Of a DNA stretch of 64,000 nt, positions 1 to 14,109 are shown one piece after another. The notes below the pieces were generated by a model, which had not been told where the DNA came from, did not search any database, and saw only the letters and a list, made by a program, of their open reading frames with translations. The first letter of the stretch is position 1; every line of letters starts with the position of its first letter. Made by a program: the position numbers and the translations under genes. Source of the stretch: Octopus vulgaris. Its lineage: Eukaryota. The stretch lies in the NCBI GenBank assembly GCA_951406725.2, contig OX597820.1, positions 65,844,001 through 65,908,000 on the forward strand, in the 5' to 3' direction.

Positions 1-678
1 AGAAAGAATTTGTGTCAGTGTGTGTGTGTGTGTGTGCGCGCGTATCTATGATTTTCTTCCTCTTTCCGTTTGTCTCGCGAACACCGCTTGGTAACCGATG
101 CTGGTTTATTTCCTTCTTCGTAATTTATCCTGGCAAAAGAGACTTGTGAAAGAGTACTGGACTCGGTTTTTTTCAACTAAACTTTTCAAGGCGGTGCCCC
201 AGCATGGCCATGGTCCAATGACTGAAAGAAATAAAAAATACAAGATTAATCAGTGGTTAAATACATTTATATTTGTTTTAGCAAGTACGAGAGATAATTT
301 GTAAGTTTCGAACGAGGCGTACACTACGCCGTTGTTGACTAAAAGGAGTGGGAGCAGACAGACAGAAAACAATAGAGAGGTAAGTCGGTGAGAGACAGAA
401 GGAGAGAGAAAGAGAGAGAGAGAGAGGGGGGGAATACATCACACAGAAAGTATTGAACTGAACAAGTGAAAATAGATGTGCGTAGCGTTATAATTAAGAA
501 GTTCCAAAATTTAAACAGAAACACAACAAAGGAACAAATGCAAAATTCACACACAAGGAGGAACGTTGCTTATTCCTCGTCAGTTATCGTCCAAAAGATC
601 CTTACATTTTCACGCTTTTAAACGATAATATTGTTCCCTTTTGATGGCGTGAACATCGTGAAGCTGCTAAGAAACATT

Positions 679-715
<37 letters not shown>

Positions 716-819
716 TATACGACGGGCTTTTTTACATTTTTCGTCTAATAAATTCACTCAATAGGCTTTGGTCGGCATATATGCATGCATTCATACTTCC
801 ATACATACATGTATGCATG

Positions 820-883
<64 letters not shown>

Positions 884-1166
884 CTTGCATTCATACATAC
901 ATTGCATGCATACATACACACATATATACATTGCGTGCATACATAGCATGCACACATATATGCATACATACATATAAGCATCCATACATGCAATCATGCA
1001 TACATACATAAATACATACATACATACATACATACATACATACATACATACATACATACATACATACATACATACATAATACATACATACATGCATGCAT
1101 ATATACTTAAACACGTGATGTAACATTCTTCCAATTTGCTGCTTCAAAGCTGAAGTATTGACGTAC

Positions 1167-1259
1167 AGAATCCAGTCGTTGCTTGCAGGCCCTCATCATA
1201 ACATCTATCGGCATCATCTAACTGCAGATGTGGAGTCATTCACACCAAGCGGAATAAGA
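1167..1259 (-). other. Candidate exon of an unidentified minus-strand host gene (93 nt)
   Basis: Minus strand: pyrimidine tract ctttctttcttcatctcacttcccctccaccag| then unique sequence ending GATTCT|gtacgt. It reads either as a C-terminus (..LIPLGVNDSTSAVR*) or as an ATG-containing exon (MTPHLQLDDADRCYDEGLQATTGF from 1239). No homologue recognised. Confidence 0.4.
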
Positions 1260-1341
1260 CTGGTGGAGGGGAAGTGAGATGAAGAAAGAAAGACAAAGTC
1301 GAGGCGTGAGAAGCAATGAGAAGACATACACACACACCCAC

Positions 1342-1378
<37 letters not shown>

Positions 1379-1553
1379 CACACACCAATACATATATATG
1401 CATATATGTGTGTGTATTTTTATATATGCGTTTGTGTGTGAATCCATCTGTCTGTCTATGTTTATGTCTGTATGTCTGTCACCATGTATGTATATATGTA
1501 TGTATGAATGCATGTATGTATGCTTGTATGAATGTACGTATTATGTATGTATA

Positions 1554-1621
<68 letters not shown>

Positions 1622-1762
1622 TGCCTGTATTGCTTTTGTTATTATCAATTTCAGCCATGATGGTACCACGTGTTGCAAGATAATTTTTGCAACCCAGTTT
1701 GAATAACGCTTCAAAACAAAAGGTGTTTCTCTTATTTATAACTGAAGAAATAAACCAGTTAC

Positions 1763-1791
1763 CGATTTAGGCTGGCGGAGTTGGCATCATT
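1763..1791 (-). other. Candidate 29-nt micro-exon
   Basis: Minus strand: ttttttatgtttctttatag|AATGATGCCAACTCCGCCAGCCTAAATCG|gtaact. Open only in phase 0 (NDANSASLN), and it joins in frame to the 1167-1259 candidate. Confidence 0.35.
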
Positions 1792-2593
1792 CTATAAAGA
1801 AACATAAAAAAAGACATTTTAGATGATTTTTTACCCCTCCTCGTCTGATGTTGCATGTATGTGTGTATATTTATATATGTAGGTATGACTGTATGGTCAG
1901 ACGAATGTATTAATGTGGAAGACGAGTTGTAAGGTCCATGAGAAAGAGAGTGTCTCAAGTGGAGGAGCGCTACTTTCACTTTCTCTGGTAACACCAAACG
2001 TTCAATGCTATTTTCTTTTCATAGAGCGTCCAATGAAATGAGCTTAGTATTTCTATGTTTTGGAGAATCACTTTGGTACTTATTGCTCATCTAAGATTTC
2101 ACAATGATTGTTGCTTATATTATTGGTGTTGTATAAATAATGGCTAAAATATATTTCGTTTTTCGAGACATTAAATTTACAAATTTTAAAAAAATTATAA
2201 CATTATATTTTCATCATTGCAAAATCATTCCTTTTACATCGGAATATCGCTAACGTGTAAGCTTGTGCATGTTGCTACGTCGGTAGCACCTTCTCCAGTA
2301 TAAGTTGTGTTGCCGGGTGCCTGCGTCTTAACAGGTACCACCAATGCGGTGTTGAGCACTCATTTTCAGTGTTCGACATTTACGCGCATATATATATATA
2401 TATAAACATATGAAAGTCTATGAGGATTTTTTGAAGTGTAAAGATTATTTTGTTTTTAATTACTTTTTTTAAAAGATGTTATGAAATATTTTATGAGGAT
2501 GTTACTAAACTTTTGGGGGAAGAAGATTGTTTGTCTATTGTGTGAGCGGTTTCGATTAATCTATAACATTTATTCATTCTTTATTTTCTCTCC

Positions 2594-2733
2594 GTGTTTC
2601 TTTCTGTGTTATTTTCTGTAGAAGAGCGTAGGCTCGAAACGTTAAAGACTTTTTCACTTCCCGAGCGTTATACTAATATATGTTTGTTGTCTAAGCCACC
2701 AGTCTTCGTCCTTTGTCTTTTTGTGCGAATTCT

Positions 2734-2736
<3 letters not shown>
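2594..2736 (+). mobile_element. Short dispersed repeat, probable Penelope-like pLTR fragment
   Basis: Core GAAGAGCGTAGGCTCGAAACGT followed by a T-rich tail ending at (TA)n. Related copies at about 6560-6690 (+), 8205-8360 (-), 19052-19200 (-) and 21290-21400 (-). Confidence 0.6.
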
Positions 2737-2805
<69 letters not shown>

Positions 2806-2808
2806 ATA

Positions 2809-2875
<67 letters not shown>

Positions 2876-2921
2876 ATGTATGTATGTATGTATGTATATA
2901 TATCTTATAACGATAATATTA

Positions 2922-2971
<50 letters not shown>

Positions 2972-3273
2972 CATAGTCCTTGGATGGAATTTATGCACAT
3001 TTATTGCATGGCTACTTGCGTTCCCACAAACCACTTCTTTAATGCTCATAGTCCGTATTCCTGATATGATTACAGTGCAGTCCGTAGTATCCGTGGGCAT
3101 CGGGTTGATCATCTTCATGGATTCATTTCTTCAGGCGACATAACAGTTGTGGATGTATACGTGGGGGATGTTTATCCTTTTATACTAGTTTAAAGGGATA
3201 AACAACCCTCTGTTTAAATGTTCATAAGTTCCATCCAAGGATTATTGTTATTATTATCATAATATATATATAT

Positions 3274-3434
3274 AGGTGTAGGAGTGGCTGTGTGGTACCA
3301 CCCACATGGTTCTGGGTTCATTCCCATTGCGTAGCACAATGAGCAAGTGTCTTGTAGTATAGCTCGGGTCGACCAAAGCCTTGTGAATGGATTTGATATA
3401 CGGAAACTGAAAGAAGCCCGCCGTATATATGTGC

Positions 3435-3481
<47 letters not shown>

Positions 3482-3695
3482 TGTGTGTATGTTTGTGTGT
3501 CTTTGTTTGACTCTAAACATCGCTTGACAACCGATGGTGGTGTGTTTGCGACCCTGTAACTTAGCGGTTCGGCAAAAGAGACTGATAGAATAAGTATTAG
3601 GCATCCAAAGAATAAGTCCTGGGGTCGATTTGCTGGACTAAAGGCGGTGCTCCAGCATGGCCGCAGTCAAATGACTGAAACAAGTAAGAGAGTAA
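3274..3695 (+). mobile_element. tRNA-derived SINE family A (octopus OK-SINE-like), with internal (TA)/(TG) microsatellite
   Basis: Pol III-like head (GTGGCTGTGTGG ... GGTTCATTCC), conserved body, and tail GGCGGTGCTCCAGCATGGCCGCAGTCAAATGACTGAAACAAGTAA. About 20 full or partial copies in the window. The family name is from recall. Confidence 0.85.
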
Positions 3696-4519
3696 AGAGT
3701 ATATACGTACACATATTTATAAATATACATATACATGCATACATACATATATACACGCATACACGCATAAATACATACACACATAAACACATACATATAT
3801 AAATACATACATACATACATACATACATACATACATACATACATACATACATACATACATACATACATACATGCATACATACATACATGCATGCATACAT
3901 ACATATACGAGTAGTGTGCACATATATAATTGTATGCATACATACATATATTTTCATAAACATGCAATCGAAATTTATATCTATAACATAAAGGAACAGA
4001 TTGACATAACCGAAAATTGGATCTACTACATAACGAGACAAATTGTTAATATCAGCAGAGCGGTGAACAAAATAGTCGCGATCTGGAACGTTCTGACTTC
4101 GAACCACGCCGACTTTAACATTAAATTTATTCTTCCGCGGTCGAGAAAATAAAGTTCCGCTCAAGTACTGGAGTTTGCTTATATCCTTATTATACATTCT
4201 TGATGAGAATAGAATTATACTGGAAGGCGTTATACCATTATTGTCATGTAACAGACTTTTCGGAAAGGAAGTAGGAAATTAAAACTTTCAGAGGTGTTGG
4301 TTTCAAGAACATTATTAATTATGAATGACTAATTATCAATTATTAATCAGTAATTAGGAATTATTAAACAATGAATTATGGCTTCAAGTCAAAAACGAGA
4401 CTAGAGTCTATTTCACATTACCTATTGTTGAAGCTGTTTTGCCTCAATTCTTCCCCGTTCATGACAGGGTATTTGCTATGTGCTATGGTGTCAAATGTAA
4501 ATTCTTAAGTGGTTTAAGT

Positions 4520-4840
4520 GGCCTGGCTCTCCGTCGATTACGACGATGACTGTTACAGTTGATTCGACCAGCGGAAGAGCCTGCTCGTGAAATTAACGTG
4601 CAAGTGGTTGAGCGCTCCACAGACACACGTACCCTTAATGATTTTGCAAGATTTAGCGTGACACAAGTTGTGAAAAAGCTCTTTGAATTGCAGATACGAC
4701 TTATTTTTGCCAGCTGAGTGGACTGGGCCAACGACAAATCAAGTGCGTCGCAGAAAGACCAAACACCTCACCGAGAATTGAACTCATGACCTTACGATCA
4801 TGAGCCGAATACCCTAACCACTAAGCTACTATTCGCCTTC
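4520..4840 (-). mobile_element. tRNA-derived SINE family B (diverged)
   Basis: Minus-strand head TAGCTTAGTGGTTAGGG...GAGTTCAATTC. Shares GCTCGTGAAATTAACGTGCAAG...CTCCACAGACAC with 19541-19893. Confidence 0.7.
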
Positions 4841-5786
4841 TCAATACCCTTGGCCATTAAGCCATGCGTGTGTATGTGTGTGTGAGAGAGAGAGAGAGAA
4901 AGAGAGGGAGAGAGATAGGCAGAGGGGAGAGAGAGGGAAGGGAGAGAAAATGAGGCGATAAGAGAATAAATATTATGTTATGAACTTCGTGAGCTTACAG
5001 CTGTTTCCTCTGTAAGACGCAGTGGACTCATAGTTAAGTTCTGAGAAGCTCATATTCGAGGCCTCGATGTAGGTTTAAGGTGCCACTCATGTACTCAACT
5101 ATGAGTACACTACACCTTAAACAGAAATAGCTGTAAGCTAATTACAATCGGTTATTTCTTTATGATTGTGATTGTTTTTTTCTTTTACTTCCTCTCTCCA
5201 CTTGTCTAACATTATATTCTGAAGCATATGTATATTGAGTTTTACACCAAGTTATTAGTCGCACTTATCTCTCTCTCTCTCCCCTCTTTCTCTTTCTCTC
5301 TCTCTCATTGCTCACACGTGACCATCGTCCTTTCTTTCTTTCTTTTCCTACGCAACGTTCTAAGGACTGGGCGTCTTCTATCCCTCTCCTCTATCTTCTC
5401 TCTTTTCAAAGAAAATATTTCTTCCAGCAGTTCACTCTTTTCCCCACATTCTGGTCTAACAAGCCTCCATATTTGTTTTCGTTCGTTTTCCTTGTGTGTC
5501 TCCTCTGTCCTGTTTTTGTTCCCAATTTTGACCCTCCATAAAATCCAAAATATATTTTGGAATTATAGGAGCAACTGTCTTCGAAGATTCATATTGTCGT
5601 TGAATGCTCGAAATGAAGAGTTGATCTACAGCCAACAACTGATGAAGGGTCTTTCTTTGTGTTACTTGTTCTGCTTTCAATTTTTCTCTCTCGCTGTTTG
5701 CGTATTTAACTGGTTTGTTTTTGTACTTCATGTTGTTTACAGTTGGTGACGTCCTGTACCCATATATGCCTATATATATTATTTAT

Positions 5787-5860
<74 letters not shown>

Positions 5861-6470
5861 AAAAAGGTTAGAGGATAAGAAGGATTAACTTTCTCACCAA
5901 GTTCCAAGATGCATATGCCGGGCGGCAAAAATATATATACATATAGAAAGGGAAAGAGAGAGGAAGCCAGTAGAAGCTACTTCCTTACATGTTGAAAATC
6001 AGATGCTCCAATGAACATCCAAAACAATACCCTTGATACGAAACAGCTGTAAAGCAGACGAGATGAATAAAGTTTTTTTTACAGTAGGTTAATAGTGGAC
6101 TATAGTTTCGAGTTAAACGTTCAAACGCAATAAATTTATTTCGTATCAAGTCTATTATTGTGGATGCTCATTGGAGCATCTATTTTTCAACAAGTAAGGA
6201 AGTAGGTTTTACTACCTTCTTCCCTTTTTCTCTTTCTCTATCTCTTTCTCTCTCACTCCCTCTGACTCTTATCAATTATATATATATGTGTGTGTGTGTG
6301 TGTATGATTGTATATATGTATGTATATATGCTTGATTCCCAACCACGTGGTTCGGGGTTTGGTCCCACTGCGTGGCACCTTGGGCACTGTCTCCTACGAT
6401 AACCTCGGCCCAACCAAAGCCTTATGAGTGGATTTGATAGATGGAAACTGAAAGAAGCCTGTCGCTTATA

Positions 6471-6513
<43 letters not shown>

Positions 6514-6711
6514 ATACCTGACAGCTAAATATATAAGTTTCTTTTCTTTCATTCTCTCTTTGTAAAATTTCTCTTATTCATTTTTTCTTGAATAGTGTAA
6601 GTCCGAAACGTAATATATATTTTCATTTTCCCGAGCGTCAAAAAAATACACCTGCTTCTTCATACACCTGTCTTCGTCATTTCTCTTTCTATAAGTTACA
6701 ACTATATATAT

Positions 6712-7130
6712 AGGCGCATGAATGGGTGTGATAAGTAGCTTGCTTACCAACCACATGGTTCCGGGAGTCACACTGCGTGGCATCTTCGGTAAAATGTTTT
6801 CTATTATAGCCCCGGGTCGACCAAAGCCTGGTGAGTGGTTTTGGTAGACGGAAACTAAAAGAAGCTCGTCGTATATACATACGTATGTATGTATGTATGT
6901 ATATGTATGTATGTGCTGTATGTGCTTGTGTGTCTATGTTTGTTTCCCACCATCGCTTCACAACCAATGTCGGTGTGTTTACGTCCCCGTAACTTAGCGG
7001 TTCGGCAAAATAGACCGATAGAATAAGTAACAGGATTACAAAGAATAAGTCCTGATGTCGATTTATTCGACTAAAGGCGGTGCTCCATCATGGCCACAGT
7101 CAAATGACTGAAGCAAATAAACGAACAAAA
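6712..7130 (+). mobile_element. SINE family A, full length
   Basis: Collinear similarity to 3274-3695 from head to tail. Confidence 0.85.
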
Positions 7131-7273
7131 AAATAATAGAATATATATATATATATATACTTACCCGCATACATACATACATGTATGCATATATTTATAT
7201 ATATATATTCATATACACATGTATGTATGTATATCTATATATTCATAAACACACACACACACACACACACACA

Positions 7274-7331
<58 letters not shown>

Positions 7332-8454
7332 ACATTATTCAAAAGTGTTCGTGTTTTGTCATTCAATACAGGTAGGGCGTTATTTGAAGACTGTTTGAAG
7401 AACGTTCGACTACTATTTCTAGCAAGTGCTGTGACTACGATCAATCCGTCATGTTTCCGGCTTTCAGACAACCATCTAATCTCCAAACATAAACCTATTT
7501 TGTCTGGTAAATTTTCAATGAATATAATAAATATCATATTTTAGATATTGGGTGGCTGTGGTAATGTTAGCAACGCATGTGAGTGTTTGATTGACATCTG
7601 CCAGAGCTGGATCAATGCTCACAGTAATCAAGCGATAATGACTCTCCATAATGAGGATCTGCTAAATGTATTAAGTGGAGAATTTTCTAATTAACTGTTG
7701 AAATTGAAACGTCCACTTGGTGTGCTTAATGTTGTTTCTTAGCTCATTCTTCTGTTGCACTTGACTGAACAATCATAAATATTTTGTATTTGCTTCAAAA
7801 GCAGCAAATAATATACATTCTGTCACGCACGCACACACACACATAAACACACACACGCTTATATGTTTACACACACACATGTATATATATATTTACACAC
7901 ATATACACATACATGAGTAGTATCACGCATTCATACAAACGTCACTCGCTATTTATTTGTGTATGCTTTTCTGTAAATCTCCCTTTCTCTCTCACTCTCT
8001 CTCTCTCTCACACACTCTCTCTCTATATATATATGTATATACATGTATGTATGTATGTATGTATGTATGTATGTATGTATGTATGTATGTATGTATGTAT
8101 GTATGTATGTATACACATGCAAAATATGTTTGTAATATAAACACATATGTCTATACATGTAAATATATGTGTGTGTGCGTATGATTATATATATACACGC
8201 ACAGAAAAAATTCACAAAAAATAACAAAAAACGAAGACAGGTGGTGTAGACAACAAACAGATGTATATTTATAAGGCTCGGGAAGTGAACAAATTTTCAA
8301 CGTTTCGAGCCTACGCTCTTCCACAGAAAGGAACACAAAAAGAAACAAGGAGAGAAGATAAAGAATGTGTAGTGGCTAGCGATCTATCTATCCATATATA
8401 TATATATATATGTGTATGTATGTGTGTGTGTGTGTGTGTGTGTGTATAGATAGA

Positions 8455-8485
<31 letters not shown>

Positions 8486-8868
8486 CAGACAGACAGACAA
8501 ACAGAAAGACTGACACACAGGGAGGGAGGAGAGCTAGAGAGAGAGAGTGAGAGGGAGAGAGAGATAGTGAGAGATTAGATATATATATGAAAACTTTGTG
8601 AGTGGATTTGGTTGACGGAAAGAAGCCCGTCGTGTATCTACATCTATATACGGGCGTGAATTGTGTGTTTGTGTGTGTGTGAACGTGTGTGCATGTATGT
8701 GTGTCTTTTGATGTGTTTTGTGTCAGTTTTTGTCTCACCAAGAATGCTTGTATATTTACATCCCCGTGACCAAGCGCTTCGGCAAAAAGCCGATAGAATA
8801 AGTACCAAACTTTAAAAAAATAAATACTGGGGGTCGATAAATTCAACTAAAAATTCTTCAATGCTATA

Positions 8869-8902
<34 letters not shown>

Positions 8903-8931
8903 CATATATACTTATATACATTTATATAAAG

Positions 8932-8990
<59 letters not shown>

Positions 8991-10063
8991 GTATGTATGT
9001 ATGTGTGTATGTACGTGTATATGTGTTTGTGTGTCTGTGTTTGTCCCACCATCATCGCTTAACAACCGATGCTGGTGTGTTTACGTCACCGTAGCTTAGC
9101 GGTTCAGCAAAAGAGACCGATAGAATAAGTACTAGGCTTACAAAGAATTAGTCCTGGGGTCGATTTGTTCGACTAAAAGGCGATGCTCCAGCATGGCCGC
9201 AGTTAAATGACTGAAACAAATAAAAGAATAAAAGAATATATACGTATATATATATATATGTATATACTTATATATAAATGTATATTTATATATACATACA
9301 CACACACACACATACACACATAAACATATAAAAGAATATATATATAAATTTATACATTCATACAAACACACAGACCATAGACACACATACTAAATGCCAA
9401 GCACATAAACACCGACCCCAAAAGAAGAAATTCTACCAGATTTTACAGTTTATTTGTACTGTTTTTAAACAAAGATTGCGAATAATTGCGTTGCAAATTA
9501 AAGGTGACAGCCGATTGTTATAATAACTGTAAAAGAGATTATGAAAGAGACCGTTAAGTGAAATGAGCGAACAGTTGTATTGAACCTGCATCGCATGCTC
9601 GCTTTTCTGCGTAGATTATCGATCGTCCAATCAATCAGACAACCATCCAGGTGACTCGCAACGTTCGGGAAAATGAGCGATCCTTTACCTGGTCGCTCAG
9701 ACTGTTATTTTTAGCATTATGTGTGACCTACCAGATATCACATCACTATCAAATAAAAAAATTTTGTCCTAAATATATTTAACCTAAAAATAAATAATAA
9801 TTTCGCAGTTGGAGCACTATCATCCTTTGCCAGTCCAAATCATTTTCGTAAGTTGGTCTGAAGCATCCATATTTGTTTGCAGACTTTTACTTGGCCTTGG
9901 TTTCATATGTTCTGGGTAATATAAAGCTTTCTTTCCATAAGTCCCGAGTTACTCTAGAGCAGGAGTCCCCACGTTTTTTACACCATCCACCTCTTCGTGG
10001 AATCCTTGACCCCTCATCGACCCCCAGACATGCACAAGAAAATAAATAGATAATAATAACAAT

Positions 10064-10095
<32 letters not shown>

Positions 10096-10107
10096 AATAA
10101 TAATAAT

Positions 10108-10361
10108 TGGTTCTTTCAACATCCTTAAACAACCCTTATTCAGGGACCTTTTGAGCGGGATGGGCTACTCAACCTGAAGAAAATTCTAACTGGGCCCCAC
10201 CTGCAAGGTCATGTGCTGTTTATCTTGATATGAGATCACCATGTCGCGCACATATGGTTATGATGCATGTGCCTGGTGTACCCTTATCAGACGGGTAGTC
10301 ATGATGGGTATATTGGGCTTCGTATAGTGTCATTTTGATGGCATGAACTACTCTCTCACTC
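10108..10361 (+). mobile_element. 5'-truncated copy of an (AAT)n-targeted retroelement 3' end
   Basis: Near-identical to 32291-32614, 33417-33935 and 34231-34786. Same 3' end (CTCTCACTC) followed by (AAT)n. Confidence 0.8.
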
Positions 10362-10404
<43 letters not shown>

Positions 10405-10517
10405 TCGACCACTTAGGAGACCCCTGCTCTAGAAGTTGCAAAAGGAATTGGTGATGTGTATCATGCATGGACGCCAGGCAAAGAGTTGAATCATAGAGAC
10501 AAGCTAACTTAAAACTA

Positions 10518-10582
<65 letters not shown>

Positions 10583-10849
10583 GCTAGATATAACTGCCTT
10601 ATATCCTCAAAAATTAACTCAATACCGTCTGTATAGCGAGGTGTGTACGTAAGCATTTATGCATATGTGTGTTATAAGTTCGTTCTTAGACATACACAAA
10701 TATTTTTGCTTGTCCAGTCAAGAGCCACATTTATTCTATGCTTCGATCAGTTTGATATCCAATGTATACCAGGTGTCTTATTCCATGATATTAATATATT
10801 GCTAGAGCGTATATGAACAAGCAATAGTTTATTTATAAACTAAAGTTAA

Positions 10850-11195
10850 TATTTCTTTCTATTATAGACACAAGGCCTGATATGTTGCGGGAGGAATCTA
10901 GTTGACCTCCGCGCTCAAGCGGTACTTCTTTTATGGATATCAAAAGTACGAAAGACAAAATCGGCCATGGCAGTGTTTAAACACAGATTGTAAAGCCGGA
11001 AGAAATGCCTCTAAGCATTTTGTCCGGCGCAGTAACGAGTGACGAGTGTTCAACTGGTATTTATTTTTATCGACACCGGAAGTACAAAAGGTAAAGTCGA
11101 CCGCAGTGGAATTTGAACTCAGAGATTAAAGACAGACAAAATACTGCTGAGCACCTTGTCCGGTGCGCTAAACATTCTACCAGCCTCGCCACCTT
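10850..11195 (-). mobile_element. SINE family C (MetaSINE-like core), diverged dimer
   Basis: Two diverged copies of the GTCGACC...GGAATTTGAACTCAG body seen at 36830-37818. Confidence 0.65.
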
Positions 11196-11614
11196 AACTA
11201 AAGTCCATAAACTTACTTATTAGCACAGTATACTGGAGATTTGAAACGATGACTTACATATTCTTAATATATTCCAACAGTCATCGATGCAATTCATCGT
11301 CTCACATCATTCTGTTCACCGTATAAATAACGAGTTATTTTTTTGATTGCCAGATATCAACACTGACCAGCAAACAACTTGTTCGCTGAAATTTTAAGCA
11401 AGATCTTCGGTTCTTGTTTAGATTCAAAGTTCTGGTTTTTTCTGATTAACGAGACGCAATATGTCAAAACACCGGTGTCCTAGAATCGTCCGATGAATCG
11501 AGTGTGCTCTGAACACACAGTCATCGTGAAGGAAGAGGAATTTTCTTGTGACATACACAACAACGATTAGCATGTCTACAATTGAATTTGCCGAGATGTA
11601 TTAAACAAAAATAT

Positions 11615-12100
<486 letters not shown>

Positions 12101-12788
12101 CAAAAGTGTAAGTAAATAAATAGCACATTGGCAACCAAACTGAACCATGATCTCTTAGACTTTCGAGAATAGAACAGCTAATGCCGACCAGAGTTCAAAC
12201 TTTGTTAGAAATGGAGTAGCTGAAACTATTTAAAATATACAGCGCAAATATAAGGTTAAGTTGTCTGGAAAATTATATCATAAATAAATTCTGATGAGAT
12301 ATATGGATGTTTAATCAACCATCGATTCAAAATCGAATCTTTAAATAAGACACCTGATAACTATCTAAGATGAAAGCTTTCGAAAATGTAGTGTAGACGT
12401 ATACACTGAAAGACTTTTTTAATTTCGTATCACGAGGTTAATTGTCTGAAGTACTGGAAACATACAATTGCTTATATTGAACGTTGTTTTCCAGAATATT
12501 CGGAAACGATTAAAAATCTAATTCATGTGGTAAATAAAAAAATTGAATTTTGAAAAGAAAAAGATAAATTCGATGAAAGACTATTTGAATCAATTTTACT
12601 TATTTCATTTCACTGTGTATTGTACTTTGCATTATTTTGTAATTAATTTTGCATATAAATGTTGATCTTTGCTTTTGTTAACCAACAAGCTTTGCAAACG
12701 AAGAGTAGTCTCTTCAGTTATACATGTATGTGCATGAGTGTGCGTGCGCGTTTGTGTGTGTGTGTTTATTACATATATGTACATATTA

Positions 12789-12973
12789 CAGTTCTATATT
12801 TAAGAGATGAGGAATTATGTGCATTATTTACATTATTTACATTATTTAAATTCAACGAATATTTGTCCTCATCTTGTCTGGTGTTAACACGTTTCAGCTG
12901 ATATACCCTCCAACCTTCCTGTCTTGGGGAAATTTCGAACCTGGGTTCTCATTCCTAAGGTATATTTTTTTTA

Positions 12974-13043
<70 letters not shown>

Positions 13044-13127
13044 GTTGTTGTTCAGGTCACTGCTTGCAATCGAACTTGGAATCTTGAGGTTAGTAGCCTG
13101 TACTCTTAACCACTACGCCATATGCCC
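12789..13127 (-). mobile_element. Composite short retroelement: tRNA-like head + (AAT)n + Penelope-like tail
   Basis: Minus strand: GGGCATATGGCGTAGTGGTTAAG (A box) ... AGTTCGATTGC (B box-like), then (AAT)n, then GGTTGgagggtatatCAGCT-GAAACGT, which resembles hammerhead stem II plus the GAAAC box. Confidence 0.55.
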
Positions 13128-14016
13128 GTGGTTTTTATGTGTGACTTATATATATATACATACATATAATAAAGGCACACATGAAAACACTGTACATCCA
13201 CACGTACATACGCATATGTGCGTATGTATGTGTGTGTATACACATATATATATATATGCATGTGTGTGTGCGTTCGTATGTATACAGCAACAGAGAGAGG
13301 GGGAAGAAAGAAGAAAGAAACATAAACAAAAGAAACAAACAAATAAAACAAAGAACGAAAGAAAGAACTGTAATTACATATAAGTCAAAGACCAATTCTG
13401 TATCCAACCATGTTATCAATTTCGGTGACCAAAGTCTCAGCAATGAGTTCTGATTATGGCAAGCCAACGATATGGTCATCAGGATTACAAGAGATAGCAA
13501 CCAAATTTCTATCGGTTTGGACAAACAAAGATAATGTAATTTTAAATAAGCAAGAACACTAAAAATTGATCACAGGAGTGCCTTTGATCGTAAGTTTCCT
13601 CGATAGGGGCCCACCTAGGGTTAAATAACAACAACTAGAAACATTTGCAAAGAAGTAGGCATTGAGTCCTCCCGTTGATAGAGAAGCCAGTTTTGTTTTG
13701 TGTCAAACAGCAGATATCAAAGGGCGACCCACCGAATACATCCAACAATCTGTATACCAAACGGTCTTGTGAGTTTTGATGCTCTCTTTACGAAATACGA
13801 AACGTCTTATTGAATTTCACTTCAAAAGATTTCTTTTTCTCATTTTCAACGTCTAACGTTCATAATTTGCTTCTCTAAACGGCAACTGAAATTAACATTG
13901 CTATTTGAAAAAATAAAAACATTGTCTTTCTGTTGTCATCATTTTAAGGTTTTCTAGACAGGATCTAATTTCTCATTTTCTATCTCCTTTCTCTACCCCT
14001 CACTCTCTCCGGGTGT

Positions 14017-14109
<93 letters not shown>

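Noticed and set aside
5580-5655. GAAA...CTGATGA order suggesting a type II hammerhead (similar at about 570-615 minus and 15538-15575 plus)
   Set aside because: Flanks do not pair to form stem II and there is no valid stem III/UH. These are probably decayed pLTR sequence.
12291-12345. CTGATGAG followed by a possible stem
   Set aside because: No GAAA box (AAAA instead) and no stem I.
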